Assembly (NCBI GenBank): GCA_963785005.1
Contig: CAWATS010000023.1
Coordinates: 229,778-293,777, forward strand
Source: an uncultured Actinomycetota bacterium
GTDB taxonomy: Bacteria > Actinomycetota > Actinomycetes > Mycobacteriales > CADCTP01
Direction: 5' to 3'
DNA: 64,000 nt
A model generated the notes under the pieces. That model did no database searches. It was not told where the DNA came from and saw only the letters and a list, made by a program, of their open reading frames with translations. Below are positions 22,169 to 30,467 of the stretch, in pieces (the first letter of the stretch is position 1; each line of letters starts with the position of its first letter). Made by a program: the position numbers and the translations under genes.

Positions 22169-22565
22169 CGCCGCCGGCCGGGCCGCCCGGCCGGGGCACG
22201 CCGGGCGGCCGGTCGCCCTCCAGCTCGTCCTTCAGGGCCCAGAAGACCCGCTTGGCGTGCCGCTGCCGGCGCCGCCGCTGCCTGGCCACCGCGGCCGGGG
22301 ACAGCACCTGCCCCCCGGCCGGGTCGCAGCGGACGTAGTGGTGCACGATCACGCCGTCCCCGTACGGCTCGAGCCAGACCTCCATGCTGCCGGTGAGGGC
22401 CCCGCGGACGTTCCACCGGACGCCCGCCTCGCCCCGGTCCTGGAAGACGCCGAGCCGCAGGTCCGGCCACCACCCGGCCCAGCGCCCCGGGTCGCGGACG
22501 GCCGCGGCCACCCGGGCCGGCTCGGCCACGACGAAGGTCTCGTCCACCAGGTCCAGCTGCGGCAC
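22152..22565 (-). CDS. hypothetical protein, possibly SRPBCC-like
   Basis: I chose the GTG 22565 start because GGGGGAGAG lies 8 nt upstream, and the track start 22646 would sit 11 nt from the divergent fadD start. It overlaps the GT2-MT 3' end by 17 nt. The family call is weak. Confidence 0.5.
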   Translation of the reverse strand: MPQLDLVDETFVVAEPARVAAAVRDPGRWAGWWPDLRLGVFQDRGEAGVRWNVRGALTGSMEVWLEPYGDGVIVHHYVRCDPAGGQVLSPAAVARQRRRRQRHAKRVFWALKDELEGDRPPGVPRPGGPAGGVSGRG

Positions 22566-22657
22566 GGCGGCAACTCTCCCCCGTACCCGGGTGGGCGCGC
22601 TACGTTTGGCGCTACCCACGCGTAACGAGCGGGGCAGCCGGTTCACGAGGAGAGCCC

Positions 22658-24787
22658 GTGCGCGAGTTCACCGTCCCTGCCACCGTCACCGTGCCCGCCG
22701 ACGCCCGGCTGAGCGACATGGTCGTCGACAACGCCCGGGAGCTGCCCGACCTGGTCAGCTTCAGCCGGCGCACCGCCTCCGGGTGGGAGGACGTCACCGC
22801 CGCCCAGTTCGCCGGCGAGGTCGACGCCGTCGCCCGCGGCCTGATCGCCGCCGGCATCCAGGCCGGCGAGCGGGTCGCGCTGATGGCTCGCACCCGCTAC
22901 GAGTGGACCCTGCTCGACTACGCGATCTGGTCCGCCGCCGCGGTGACCGTGCCGATCTACGAGACGTCCAGCGCCGAGCAGGTGCAGTGGATCGTCGGCG
23001 ACTCCGGCGCGGTGGCGATCGTGGTCGAGACGGCCGAGCACCTCGCCGTCCTGGACTCGGTCCGGCCGGAGCTGCCCGACCTGCGGCAGGTGTGGAAGAT
23101 CGACGACGACGCGGTCGGCACCCTCACCGGTCTCGGCCGGGACGTGCCGGACGAGGAGGCCGAGCAGCGCCGCACCTCGGTACGGGCCGACGACCTGGCG
23201 ACGGTCATCTACACCAGCGGCACCACCGGCCGGCCCAAGGGCGTCGAGCTGACCCACCGCAACCTGCTCTTCGACGTGATGACGTCCGCCGACGGGTTGA
23301 AGAAGCTGTTCAACGCCGACGGCTCGACGCTGCTGTTCCTGCCGCTGGCGCACGTCTTCGGCCGGATCATCCAGGTCGGCGCGGTGATGAACCGCGCCCG
23401 GATGGGCCACACCGCGGACGTCAAGAACCTGCTGCCCGACCTGGCCGCATTCCGGCCGACCTTCATCCTGTCGGTGCCCCGGGTCTTCGAGAAGGTCTAC
23501 AACTCGGCCAAGCAGCGGGCGCACGCGGACGGCAAGGGGAAGATCTTCGACGCCGCCGACCGCACGGCGGTCGGGTACAGCGAGGCGCTGTCGCGGGGCA
23601 AGGTGCCGCTGCCGCTGGCCTTGCAGCACCGCCTGTTCGACCGGCTCGTCTACGGCAAGCTGCGGGCGGCGCTCGGCGGGCAGTGCGCATACGCGATCTC
23701 CGGCGGCGCACCGCTCGGCCCCCGGCTCGGCCACTTCTTCCGCGGCATCGGCCTGACCGTCTACGAGGGGTACGGGCTGACCGAGACCAGCGCCGGCGCC
23801 TGCGTGAACCTGGAGGACTCGATCAAGATCGGCTCCGTGGGCCGGCCGATGCCCGGGGTGTCGATCCGGATCGCCGACGACGGCGAGATCCTGCTGCGCG
23901 GCGACAACGTCTTCGGCGCCTACTGGCACAACGAGACCGCGACGGCCGAGGCACTGGACTCGGACGGCTGGTTCCACACCGGCGACATCGGCGCGATCGA
24001 CGCCGACGGCTTCGTCACGATCACCGGCCGGAAGAAGGAGATCATCGTCACCGCCGGCGGCAAGAACGTGGCGCCGGCGGTGCTGGAGGACCGGTTGCGC
24101 GCGCACCCGCTGATCAGCCAGTGCATGGTCGTCGGCGACCAGCAGCCGTTCATCGGCTGCCTCGTCACCATCGACCCGGAGGCGCTCCCGGCCTGGAAGG
24201 CCGCGCACGGCAAGCCCGAGGCCGCGACCGTCGGCGACCTGCGCGAGGACCCTCAGCTGCGGGCGGAGATCCAGGCTGCGGTCGACGACGCCAACAAGGC
24301 GGTGTCCCACGCCGAGGCGATCAAGTCGTTCCGGATCCTGGTCACCGACTTCACCGAGGAGGGCGGCGAGCTGACCCCGTCGCTCAAGCTGAAGCGGAGC
24401 GTCGTGCTCAAGCAGTACGGCGCGATCGAGCCGCCTCGCCGCGGATGGGCGCTCGCGACGGCGACCACTGAGCCGCCGGCGCGCACGGCGCCGAGCGACG
24501 GCGGCGGCTCAGTCGCCGCAGCGCCACGAGCCGCCGAGTCGCGCAGGAAGCCGCCAGCGGCGGCCAGCGCGTCCCAGCGCCAGTCGCGCTCGACCCAGGC
24601 CCGGCCCTTCTCTCCCATCGCCCGGGCCGCGTCCCGGTCGGCGAGCAGCCGGCCGACCCGGTCGGCGACGGCCTGCACGGACCGGCCGGGCACCACGTAC
24701 CCGGTCTCGCCGTCGAGGACCGCGTCCGGCGCCCCGCCGGAGTCCCCGGCCACCACCGGCAGCCCGGTCGCGGACGCCTCCAGGTAG
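22658..24787 (+). CDS. fadD: long-chain fatty-acid--CoA ligase (AMP-forming; FadD15-like) with an anomalous ~110-aa read-through tail
   Basis: GTG start after GAGGAGAG. It has the AMP-binding motif YTSGTTGRPKGV, GYGLTET and the C-terminal TPSLKLKR motif. Family-like sequence ends near 24430-24450, but the first in-frame stop is at 24785-24787. Confidence 0.85.
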   Translation: MREFTVPATVTVPADARLSDMVVDNARELPDLVSFSRRTASGWEDVTAAQFAGEVDAVARGLIAAGIQAGERVALMARTRYEWTLLDYAIWSAAAVTVPIYETSSAEQVQWIVGDSGAVAIVVETAEHLAVLDSVRPELPDLRQVWKIDDDAVGTLTGLGRDVPDEEAEQRRTSVRADDLATVIYTSGTTGRPKGVELTHRNLLFDVMTSADGLKKLFNADGSTLLFLPLAHVFGRIIQVGAVMNRARMGHTADVKNLLPDLAAFRPTFILSVPRVFEKVYNSAKQRAHADGKGKIFDAADRTAVGYSEALSRGKVPLPLALQHRLFDRLVYGKLRAALGGQCAYAISGGAPLGPRLGHFFRGIGLTVYEGYGLTETSAGACVNLEDSIKIGSVGRPMPGVSIRIADDGEILLRGDNVFGAYWHNETATAEALDSDGWFHTGDIGAIDADGFVTITGRKKEIIVTAGGKNVAPAVLEDRLRAHPLISQCMVVGDQQPFIGCLVTIDPEALPAWKAAHGKPEAATVGDLREDPQLRAEIQAAVDDANKAVSHAEAIKSFRILVTDFTEEGGELTPSLKLKRSVVLKQYGAIEPPRRGWALATATTEPPARTAPSDGGGSVAAAPRAAESRRKPPAAASASQRQSRSTQARPFSPIARAASRSASSRPTRSATACTDRPGTTYPVSPSRTASGAPPESPATTGSPVADASR

Positions 24788-25656
24788 ACGATCCCGAGCC
24801 CCTCCACGTCCAGGCCGGCCCGCCGGGTCCGGCACGGCATCGCGAAGACGTCCCCCGCCGCGTAGTACGCCGGCAACTCCGTCCACGGCACCGAGCCGGC
24901 GAACACGACGTCCCGGTCGACGCCCTCGGACACCGCGAGCCGTCGCAGCCGGGCCAGGTCCCGCCCGCCGCCGACCACCAGCAGCGCGGCGCCCGCGACC
25001 CGCCGGCGCACGGCCGGCAGCGCCCGGATGAGCACATCCTGGCCCTTGCGCGGCACCAGCCGGGAGACGCAGATCACCGTCGGCCGGTCGCCGAGCCGGT
25101 GTCGCCGGCGGACGTCGGCGCCGTCCGCCCGGGGCGTGAAGACGTCGGCGTCGACCCCCGGCGGGAGCCGTTCCAGCCGCGTCCCGGGCCCGACGACCGG
25201 TGCCAGCCGGCTGCGCGTGTACTCGCCCAGGTAGGTCAGCACGTCGACGGTCGAGCCGATCCGGCGCAGCGCCTGCCGCGCCCCGGGCAGCGCGGCCCAG
25301 CCCACCTCGTGCCCGTGCGTCGTCGCCACCACCCGCTCGACCGCGGCCGCCCGCAGGCCGGGCGCCAGCAGCGCCAGCGGCGCTGCCGCCCCGAACCACA
25401 CCGCCGTGCACTCCTCGGCCCGGGCGATCTGCCGGGCCCGCCGCAGCACCGCCGGAGTCGGGACCAGCAGCCCGGTCCGGTGCCGGACGACCGGGAACGG
25501 TTGCGCCGCGTCGAAGGCCGCGGCCCCGCGGTAGGTCGACGCGTAGACCACCACCGAGCCGGCCGGCTGCCGGGACACCTGGGTGTGGACGAACGCCTGG
25601 ATGCCGCCGGCCCGCGGCGGGAAGTCGTTCGTGACGACCAGGGTCCGCCGGCTCAC
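24253..25656 (-). CDS. pimB: GT4 glycosyltransferase, PimB-like mannosyltransferase, with an anomalous ~90-aa read-through tail
   Basis: GTG 25656 makes a GTGA overlap with the upstream stop. It is GT-B/GT4 (VVTNDFPPRAGGIQ, EGLGIVYLEASATGLPVVAG) and ends ...DWRWDALAAAGGFLRDSAAR as in PimB from memory. The first in-frame stop comes only at 24253. Confidence 0.85.
   Translation of the reverse strand: MSRRTLVVTNDFPPRAGGIQAFVHTQVSRQPAGSVVVYASTYRGAAAFDAAQPFPVVRHRTGLLVPTPAVLRRARQIARAEECTAVWFGAAAPLALLAPGLRAAAVERVVATTHGHEVGWAALPGARQALRRIGSTVDVLTYLGEYTRSRLAPVVGPGTRLERLPPGVDADVFTPRADGADVRRRHRLGDRPTVICVSRLVPRKGQDVLIRALPAVRRRVAGAALLVVGGGRDLARLRRLAVSEGVDRDVVFAGSVPWTELPAYYAAGDVFAMPCRTRRAGLDVEGLGIVYLEASATGLPVVAGDSGGAPDAVLDGETGYVVPGRSVQAVADRVGRLLADRDAARAMGEKGRAWVERDWRWDALAAAGGFLRDSAARGAAATEPPPSLGAVRAGGSVVAVASAHPRRGGSIAPYCLSTTLRFSLSDGVSSPPSSVKSVTRIRNDLIASAWDTALLASSTAAWISARS
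24467..24513. terminator. 12-bp perfect inverted repeat in the expected fadD/pimB convergent intergenic spot (bidirectional terminator candidate)
   Basis: ACTGAGCCGCCG (24467-24478) pairs with CGGCGGCTCAGT (24502-24513). Each arm carries a TGA/TCA triplet that is out of frame with its gene. Confidence 0.4.
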
Positions 25657-27002
25657 CCGAACTCCGCGCGGACCCCGCGCTGCCACTCGGCGGCGAACCG
25701 CGCGGATCCGACGCCGATCGCCCGCCGCAGCTCGCGGTCCACCGCGGCCGCCGGGTCGTCCGACGTGCCGACGGCCCGGTAGAAGCGCAGCAGCCCCGCC
25801 GGGCCGGCCCGGGCCGCGATCAGCCGGCAGGCGCTCCACGCCTCCTCGTACGCGAGCGCCAGCCGAGGGGAGTCGCCGCGGAAGTCGGCCGCGGTCGGCA
25901 ACCGGCCGGGCCACCGCCCGGACCGGACCTGCGCCCGCAGCTCGTCGCCGACCAGTCGCGGCGGCAGCTCGGTGCCGAGGTAGCCGACCCAGTCGGCGAA
26001 GCCCTCGACCAGCCAGATCGGCGTCCCGTGCCCGGTGATGCCGCGGGTCGCCACGTGGGTGACCTCGTGCTGCAGGACCACCCGGCGACCGAGCGGGCCG
26101 AGGCGGTCGACGTTGGCCGGGTTGACCACCACCCGCTGCCCGCGCGCCTGCCCGCTGCTCGGGTCGACCGAGTCGGCCACCGCCACCGCGGCGATCTTGC
26201 CGAGCGCGAGCCGCTCCCCCACCAGCTCGGCCATCTCCCGCTGGTCGTCCGGGATGATCACGGCGACCCGCCGTGGCCACCTCGTCCCCACCACCCGGGT
26301 CACCCGCGGGACGGCGGCGTCCACCGCGTCGGCGAAGACCCGCAGCCGCCCGGCGTTCGCCGGGTGGGCGAGCACCAGGCTGTGCCGGCCGCGCAGCACG
26401 ACGAGCGGGCCGCGCTCCCACGGGCCGCGCCACGTCCGTACCCCGGTCGCCGTCGTCCGGTTGTCCGCGGCGAGCAGCCACCGTCCGCGCCGCGGCACGA
26501 AGGTGAGCACCAGCGGTCTCGCGGTCGGCGCCGGGTCGATGCCGCGCAGCGCGTAACGCAGGGTCACCCGGACGGTCCACGCCCCGCGGGGGGCCGCCGC
26601 CGGCTCGCCCTTCTCGTCGTCCGGCTCGACGGTGTAGCGCCAGGCGCCGAGCGGCACCGCGGCGACGTGCCCGAAGAACGCGGCCTGTCGAGCCCGCAGG
26701 GCGCGCGCCGAGGGGTCTACCGCGGCCAGCCAGCCGGCGCGGTCGCGGCGGAGCAGGGCGCTCGCCCGCCGGTCGAGCAGCTCGCGGACGGCCGCGAGCC
26801 GCTGGACCTCGACCTGGCCGGCCCGGCCCGCGAGGTACGGCTGGCCGGCCGGGCGGCTCCAGGAGCCGCCGGCGTCCGGCGACCGGCCGGGGACGGCGCC
26901 GGTGCAGATGCCGGCGACGACGGCCAGCGCGACCAGCGGGCCGAGGGCCCACCGCCGGCGCTCGCCCGGCCCGCCACCCCCGCCGCCCGCCACGACCCGC
27001 AT
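25653..27002 (-). CDS. membrane-anchored putative zinc metallopeptidase (HExxH...EGFA gluzincin-like motif)
   Basis: A 449-aa ATG ORF with an N-terminal hydrophobic segment (WALGPLVALAVVAGI). It has HEVTH followed by WLVEGFADW, reminiscent of M1-type HExxH-x(n)-E. Confidence 0.6.
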   Translation of the reverse strand: MRVVAGGGGGGPGERRRWALGPLVALAVVAGICTGAVPGRSPDAGGSWSRPAGQPYLAGRAGQVEVQRLAAVRELLDRRASALLRRDRAGWLAAVDPSARALRARQAAFFGHVAAVPLGAWRYTVEPDDEKGEPAAAPRGAWTVRVTLRYALRGIDPAPTARPLVLTFVPRRGRWLLAADNRTTATGVRTWRGPWERGPLVVLRGRHSLVLAHPANAGRLRVFADAVDAAVPRVTRVVGTRWPRRVAVIIPDDQREMAELVGERLALGKIAAVAVADSVDPSSGQARGQRVVVNPANVDRLGPLGRRVVLQHEVTHVATRGITGHGTPIWLVEGFADWVGYLGTELPPRLVGDELRAQVRSGRWPGRLPTAADFRGDSPRLALAYEEAWSACRLIAARAGPAGLLRFYRAVGTSDDPAAAVDRELRRAIGVGSARFAAEWQRGVRAEFG

Positions 27003-27026
27003 CGTAGGTCGGACCGGGATCGGCGG

Positions 27027-28043
27027 TCAGCCCAGCCGGGTGGCGCCCGCGAACGGCGCGTGGTCGATGTTCTCGACCTTGACCGGCACCCCGTACGTGG
27101 ACGCGTGCACCATCTGGGTGCCGTTGATCGCCAGGCCGACGTGGCTGATCGGGCTGTAGAAGAACACCAGGTCACCGGCTCGGACCTCGGACCGGGAGAT
27201 CTGGGTGCCCATGCCGTACTGGGAGCGGCTGGAGTGTGGCAGGCCGACGCCGGCGGACGCCCAGGCGAACATCGTCAGCCCGGAGCAGTCGAACGCGTTC
27301 GGTCCGCCGGCGCCCCAGACGTACGGGTCGCCGATCTGGGCCAGCGCAGTCTGCACCGCCTTCTGCGCGCCGCCGCTCGCCGGGCCGATCGGCAGCCGGG
27401 CCGTGCTGCGGCTGGCCCGCGCGGCCTGGACCACCGGGTCGTCGTCGGCGCACAGCCGGGACTGCAGCGAGCTGAGGGAGGTGCCGCGCTTACGCAGGTC
27501 GGCGACCTTGGCGCCGATCTCCCGCTCGACCTTCAGCCGGGCCGCGAGCGTCGCCTGCGCGGCGCCCTGCGCCTTGACCGCCGCGGCACGCACCTTGCCG
27601 AGCTGGTCGATCTTCTCGCCCTTGCGGCCGGCGACGTAGTCCATCAGCGCCATCTGGTCGGCGAAGTCCTTCGGCGACCGGCTGGAGAAGAAGACCGCGA
27701 ACTGCCCGGCCGGCGCGCTCTTCAGCTCACCGGAGACGATCTTCTTGAAGTCGCCGGCGAGCTCGCCGTACTGCGCCTTGACCACGCGGGCACGCTTGTC
27801 GGCGGCCGCGTACGCCTTCTGCACCCGCACCCGCGCCACCCGCGCGTCGTTGAGCTGCTCGGCGACCTTCTCCGCGGCCACGCCGTTCGCGAGGAACTGC
27901 TGCCGGCTCTCGGCGCAGCTCGTCGGGGTGTCCGGCCGCGGGACGGCCTCGCCGCGTGCCGCCGGGATACCGACGGCAGCCCCGGTGAGGGCGAGAACCG
28001 TAACGGTGCGAAGGACCTGCGAGGAGCGTCTCGGACTCGCCAC
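27027..28043 (-). CDS. NlpC/P60 peptidoglycan endopeptidase with N-terminal coiled-coil domain (RipC-like)
   Basis: A 338-aa ORF with a GTG start and a signal-like N-terminus. It has a long helical region and a C-terminal NlpC/P60 domain (DCSGLTMFAW...HVGL). Confidence 0.85.
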   Translation of the reverse strand: MASPRRSSQVLRTVTVLALTGAAVGIPAARGEAVPRPDTPTSCAESRQQFLANGVAAEKVAEQLNDARVARVRVQKAYAAADKRARVVKAQYGELAGDFKKIVSGELKSAPAGQFAVFFSSRSPKDFADQMALMDYVAGRKGEKIDQLGKVRAAAVKAQGAAQATLAARLKVEREIGAKVADLRKRGTSLSSLQSRLCADDDPVVQAARASRSTARLPIGPASGGAQKAVQTALAQIGDPYVWGAGGPNAFDCSGLTMFAWASAGVGLPHSSRSQYGMGTQISRSEVRAGDLVFFYSPISHVGLAINGTQMVHASTYGVPVKVENIDHAPFAGATRLG

Positions 28044-28265
28044 CGACGCGGAACTCCCTAGTCGCTCGACCGCCTGCCGGGAGACCGGGGAAGAGCCCGG
28101 CTCGGCGGTGACCTGACGGAGCCCCGCGGGCAGCGGGGACAGGGGGCCGTCCAGTCCGCGCGGAACACTAGAGGTGACAAAGGGGTGTGGCCACTCTCCG
28201 GCACGCCAGAGACTCGAAGACCACCCTTCTGGCGTAATGATCTCTTACCAGTGGTTGATTACCGC

Positions 28266-28475
28266 TCACGCGACGTGTGGGCGACGCCCGCGGCGGCGGG
28301 AGCCGGTGACCAGCCGCAGCGGCGGGACCAGCCCACCGTCGGCCAGCGCAGCGATCGCCCTCCGCTCGGTGTCGTCGAGCTCGACGCCGTCCGGCGGCGC
28401 CCCGAGCAGCACGGTGACCACGCAGTCGCCGCAGGACGGCCCCTTGGCCGTGCATCCCTCGCAGTCGATGACCAC
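28266..28475 (-). CDS. small Cys-rich protein (CxxC-x6-CxxC)
   Basis: GTG 28475 is preceded by GGGAGGGGGAG. The 69 codons read VIDCEGCTAKGPSCGDCVVTVLLGAPPDGVELDDTERRAIAALADGGLVPPLR. No family recognised. Confidence 0.55.
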   Translation of the reverse strand: MVIDCEGCTAKGPSCGDCVVTVLLGAPPDGVELDDTERRAIAALADGGLVPPLRLVTGSRRRGRRPHVA

Positions 28476-28593
28476 AACTCCCCCTCCCGGGTCGGTGTCG
28501 GGACCGACGCTAGGACGGGGGTACGACAATTCCCGGCCGGCGGCACCGGCCGCATTGCCCGGGGGCCGCGGGCACACCCCCGCTGACCTGGGA

Positions 28594-28634
28594 AGCTACG
28601 TCTCTGCTCCGGGAGGCGGAGCAGAGACATAGCT
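28594..28634 (-). terminator. 18-bp stem-loop downstream of the NYN-domain gene
   Basis: AGCTACGTCTCTGCTCCG-ggagg-CGGAGCAGAGACATAGCT. The single non-Watson-Crick position is C-A on the + strand but a G-U wobble in the minus-strand RNA. It lies 16 nt after stop 28650 and has no U-tract. Confidence 0.55.
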
Positions 28635-28649
28635 TGTCGGCCGGCCGGG

Positions 28650-30179
28650 TCAGCCCCGGTCGAGGCGGCGCAGCAGCAGCGGCGAGCCGACCGGGTACGC
28701 GCCTGCACGCCGCACGTCGTCGGCGACCTCGCGGTCGGAGGAGACGACGACCACCGGCCGCCCCGCCGGCTCGGCGGCGACCAGCCGGCGGATCACGTCG
28801 TCGGCCAGCTCCCCGGGCGCGCTGAAGAGCACCCGCAGGCCCCGCGGCGCCGGGGGCATCGCCGGCGGCCGCGCGGCGCCGTCGAAGACCACCGTCACCT
28901 CGACGCCGGTCCGGGCGGCGAGCGCGCCGAGGCCCTGGCTGAGCCGGGACCGCTGCGCGGCCAGCGGCAGCTCCCCGTACCCGGTCTTCGTGACGTTGTA
29001 GCCGTCCACCACGAGGTGGACGTGCGGCAGCTCCAGCAGCCGGTCCACCAGCCCGGGGTCGTCGCCCCGAGGGGCCAGCACGTCCGGGCGCGGCGCCGTC
29101 GTCGTCACCGCGTCCGCCGGCCGCTCCCCGGGCGGGCTGAGCGCCAGCTCGCGGCGCAGGCCCTGGACGGCACCGCTGACGGTGTCGAGCAGCAGCCAGA
29201 GCCGGGCCTCGTCCGCCTGCCGGGACTCGCGGGCGGCCCGGCGGGCGGCCTCGACCGCGTCCTCGGCCTCGGCGAGCCGCTGCCGGAGCCGCCGGACCTC
29301 GGCCTGCGCGCGGGAGTCCTCGCCGGCCGCCCGGCGGCGCTGCTCGGCGAGGCCCTCCTCGGCGACGGCCCGGGACCGCTCGGCCGCCCGGCGCTGGCCG
29401 GTCTGCTCGCGCAGCTGGCGGCGCAGCGCCTCGGCCTCGGCCCGCGCCGCGTCCGCCGCCGCCCTGGCCCGCTCGGCCTGGGACCGTTCGGCGGCGCGCG
29501 CGGCGGCCAGCTCGGCCCGCAGCCGGTCGAGCTCCTCGGTCAGGGTGCGGTCGCGGGTCCGCACCGCGCTCTCGGCCAGCGCCGCCCGGGCCCGCTCCAG
29601 CACGGCGGTCCAGCCGGCGGGCCGCAGCAGGTAGGCCGCCGCGGCCAGCTCGACCGGGTCGGCGGCGGCGGGCAGCTCGCCGGCGCGCGCCGCCGCGACC
29701 GCGGCGGGCGACTCCAGCTCGGCCTGCTCGGCCGCCCGCAGCCGGAACGCGGCGTCGGCGGACAGCGCTGCCGCCAGCGCGGTGCCGGCCAGCCGGGCCC
29801 GTTTCGCCGGCGTGAACCGGGCCGCCGCCCGCAGCGACGCCGGCACCTGGTCGGCCGGCAGCCGGCCGAGCGCCGCGGACGCGAGCGCGAGCACCCGGAC
29901 CCGCACCGCCTCCGGCAGCGCCGCCTCCTCCCCCGGCCCGCCGCCGGGGCCGGCCGCGTCCCGCCGGGCGGTGCCGCCGCGGACCTCGTCCGCCTCCCGG
30001 CCCGGCTCGCCTCCCGGGTCGGCGACCTCCTCGGGTGCCGGGTGGACAGTCGCCGGGACCGGCGCCACGCCGTCCCGATCGGACGGCGGGTCCGCGGCCG
30101 TGCCGGACGACGACGGATCTCCGTCCACAGTGACCGGTCCCGGGTGGACACCGCCGTCCACTTCGGACGAACCGGTCAC
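28650..30179 (-). CDS. NYN (YacP-like) ribonuclease-domain protein with long Ala/Arg/Glu-rich coiled-coil region
   Basis: 509 codons from GTG 30179 (GTGA overlap with the upstream small gene). The C-terminal region resembles a NYN/PIN-like domain (HLVVDGYNV...VVFDG...VVVVSSDREV). The central helical region is RAEAEALRRQLREQ... Confidence 0.7.
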   Translation of the reverse strand: MTGSSEVDGGVHPGPVTVDGDPSSSGTAADPPSDRDGVAPVPATVHPAPEEVADPGGEPGREADEVRGGTARRDAAGPGGGPGEEAALPEAVRVRVLALASAALGRLPADQVPASLRAAARFTPAKRARLAGTALAAALSADAAFRLRAAEQAELESPAAVAAARAGELPAAADPVELAAAAYLLRPAGWTAVLERARAALAESAVRTRDRTLTEELDRLRAELAAARAAERSQAERARAAADAARAEAEALRRQLREQTGQRRAAERSRAVAEEGLAEQRRRAAGEDSRAQAEVRRLRQRLAEAEDAVEAARRAARESRQADEARLWLLLDTVSGAVQGLRRELALSPPGERPADAVTTTAPRPDVLAPRGDDPGLVDRLLELPHVHLVVDGYNVTKTGYGELPLAAQRSRLSQGLGALAARTGVEVTVVFDGAARPPAMPPAPRGLRVLFSAPGELADDVIRRLVAAEPAGRPVVVVSSDREVADDVRRAGAYPVGSPLLLRRLDRG

Positions 30180-30433
30180 ACCGCCGGCTCCGCAGCCGGC
30201 GCGGCGTCCGGGCGCGGGACCAGCTCGACCGCGTCCACCCGCCCACACCACCGGCAGGTCACGTGCTCGACGGTCTCGGTGACGACCTCCCGCTCCTCCA
30301 CCACCGGATCCCCGGCCAGCGACACGTGCACGTACTCCCGCGCCCGCATCGAGCGCTGCACGTCGAAGCGGGTCAGGTTGCCGCAGAGGGTGCACCGCCA
30401 GCGGGTGCCGGCGCTCGGCGCGGGGACGGGCAT
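30176..30433 (-). CDS. small zinc-ribbon-like protein (two CxxC pairs)
   Basis: 85 codons from ATG 30433. It contains RWRCTLCGNLTRF...VTCRWCGR and is coupled to the NYN gene. Confidence 0.65.
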   Translation of the reverse strand: MPVPAPSAGTRWRCTLCGNLTRFDVQRSMRAREYVHVSLAGDPVVEEREVVTETVEHVTCRWCGRVDAVELVPRPDAAPAAEPAV

Positions 30434-30467
30434 GCCGGCGAGGGTAGTCCGGCCGACCGGCTCGGGC

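Noticed and set aside
22566-22657. Operator in the fadD divergent region (repeated GCGCTAC: GGGCGCGCTACGTTTGGCGCTACCCACGCGTAACG)
   Set aside because: There is only a short direct repeat and weak symmetry. That is not enough to call a site.
28044-28265. ydaO (c-di-AMP) riboswitch upstream of the NlpC/P60 gene
   Set aside because: It would be expected by analogy with other actinobacterial cell-wall hydrolase genes. By eye, I could not find the conserved blocks I remember (for example ...CCGACAGCUAAC... and the paired GGGGA/AAUC elements). Only a weak CCGUCAGGUCACC resemblance exists. An Infernal scan is needed to be sure.
28510-30246. 578-aa minus-strand ORF overlapping the NYN-domain gene
   Set aside because: It is an out-of-frame, extreme Arg/Gly/Ala/Pro composition. 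The alternative frame (28650..30179) gives a recognisable NYN-like domain and a coiled coil.
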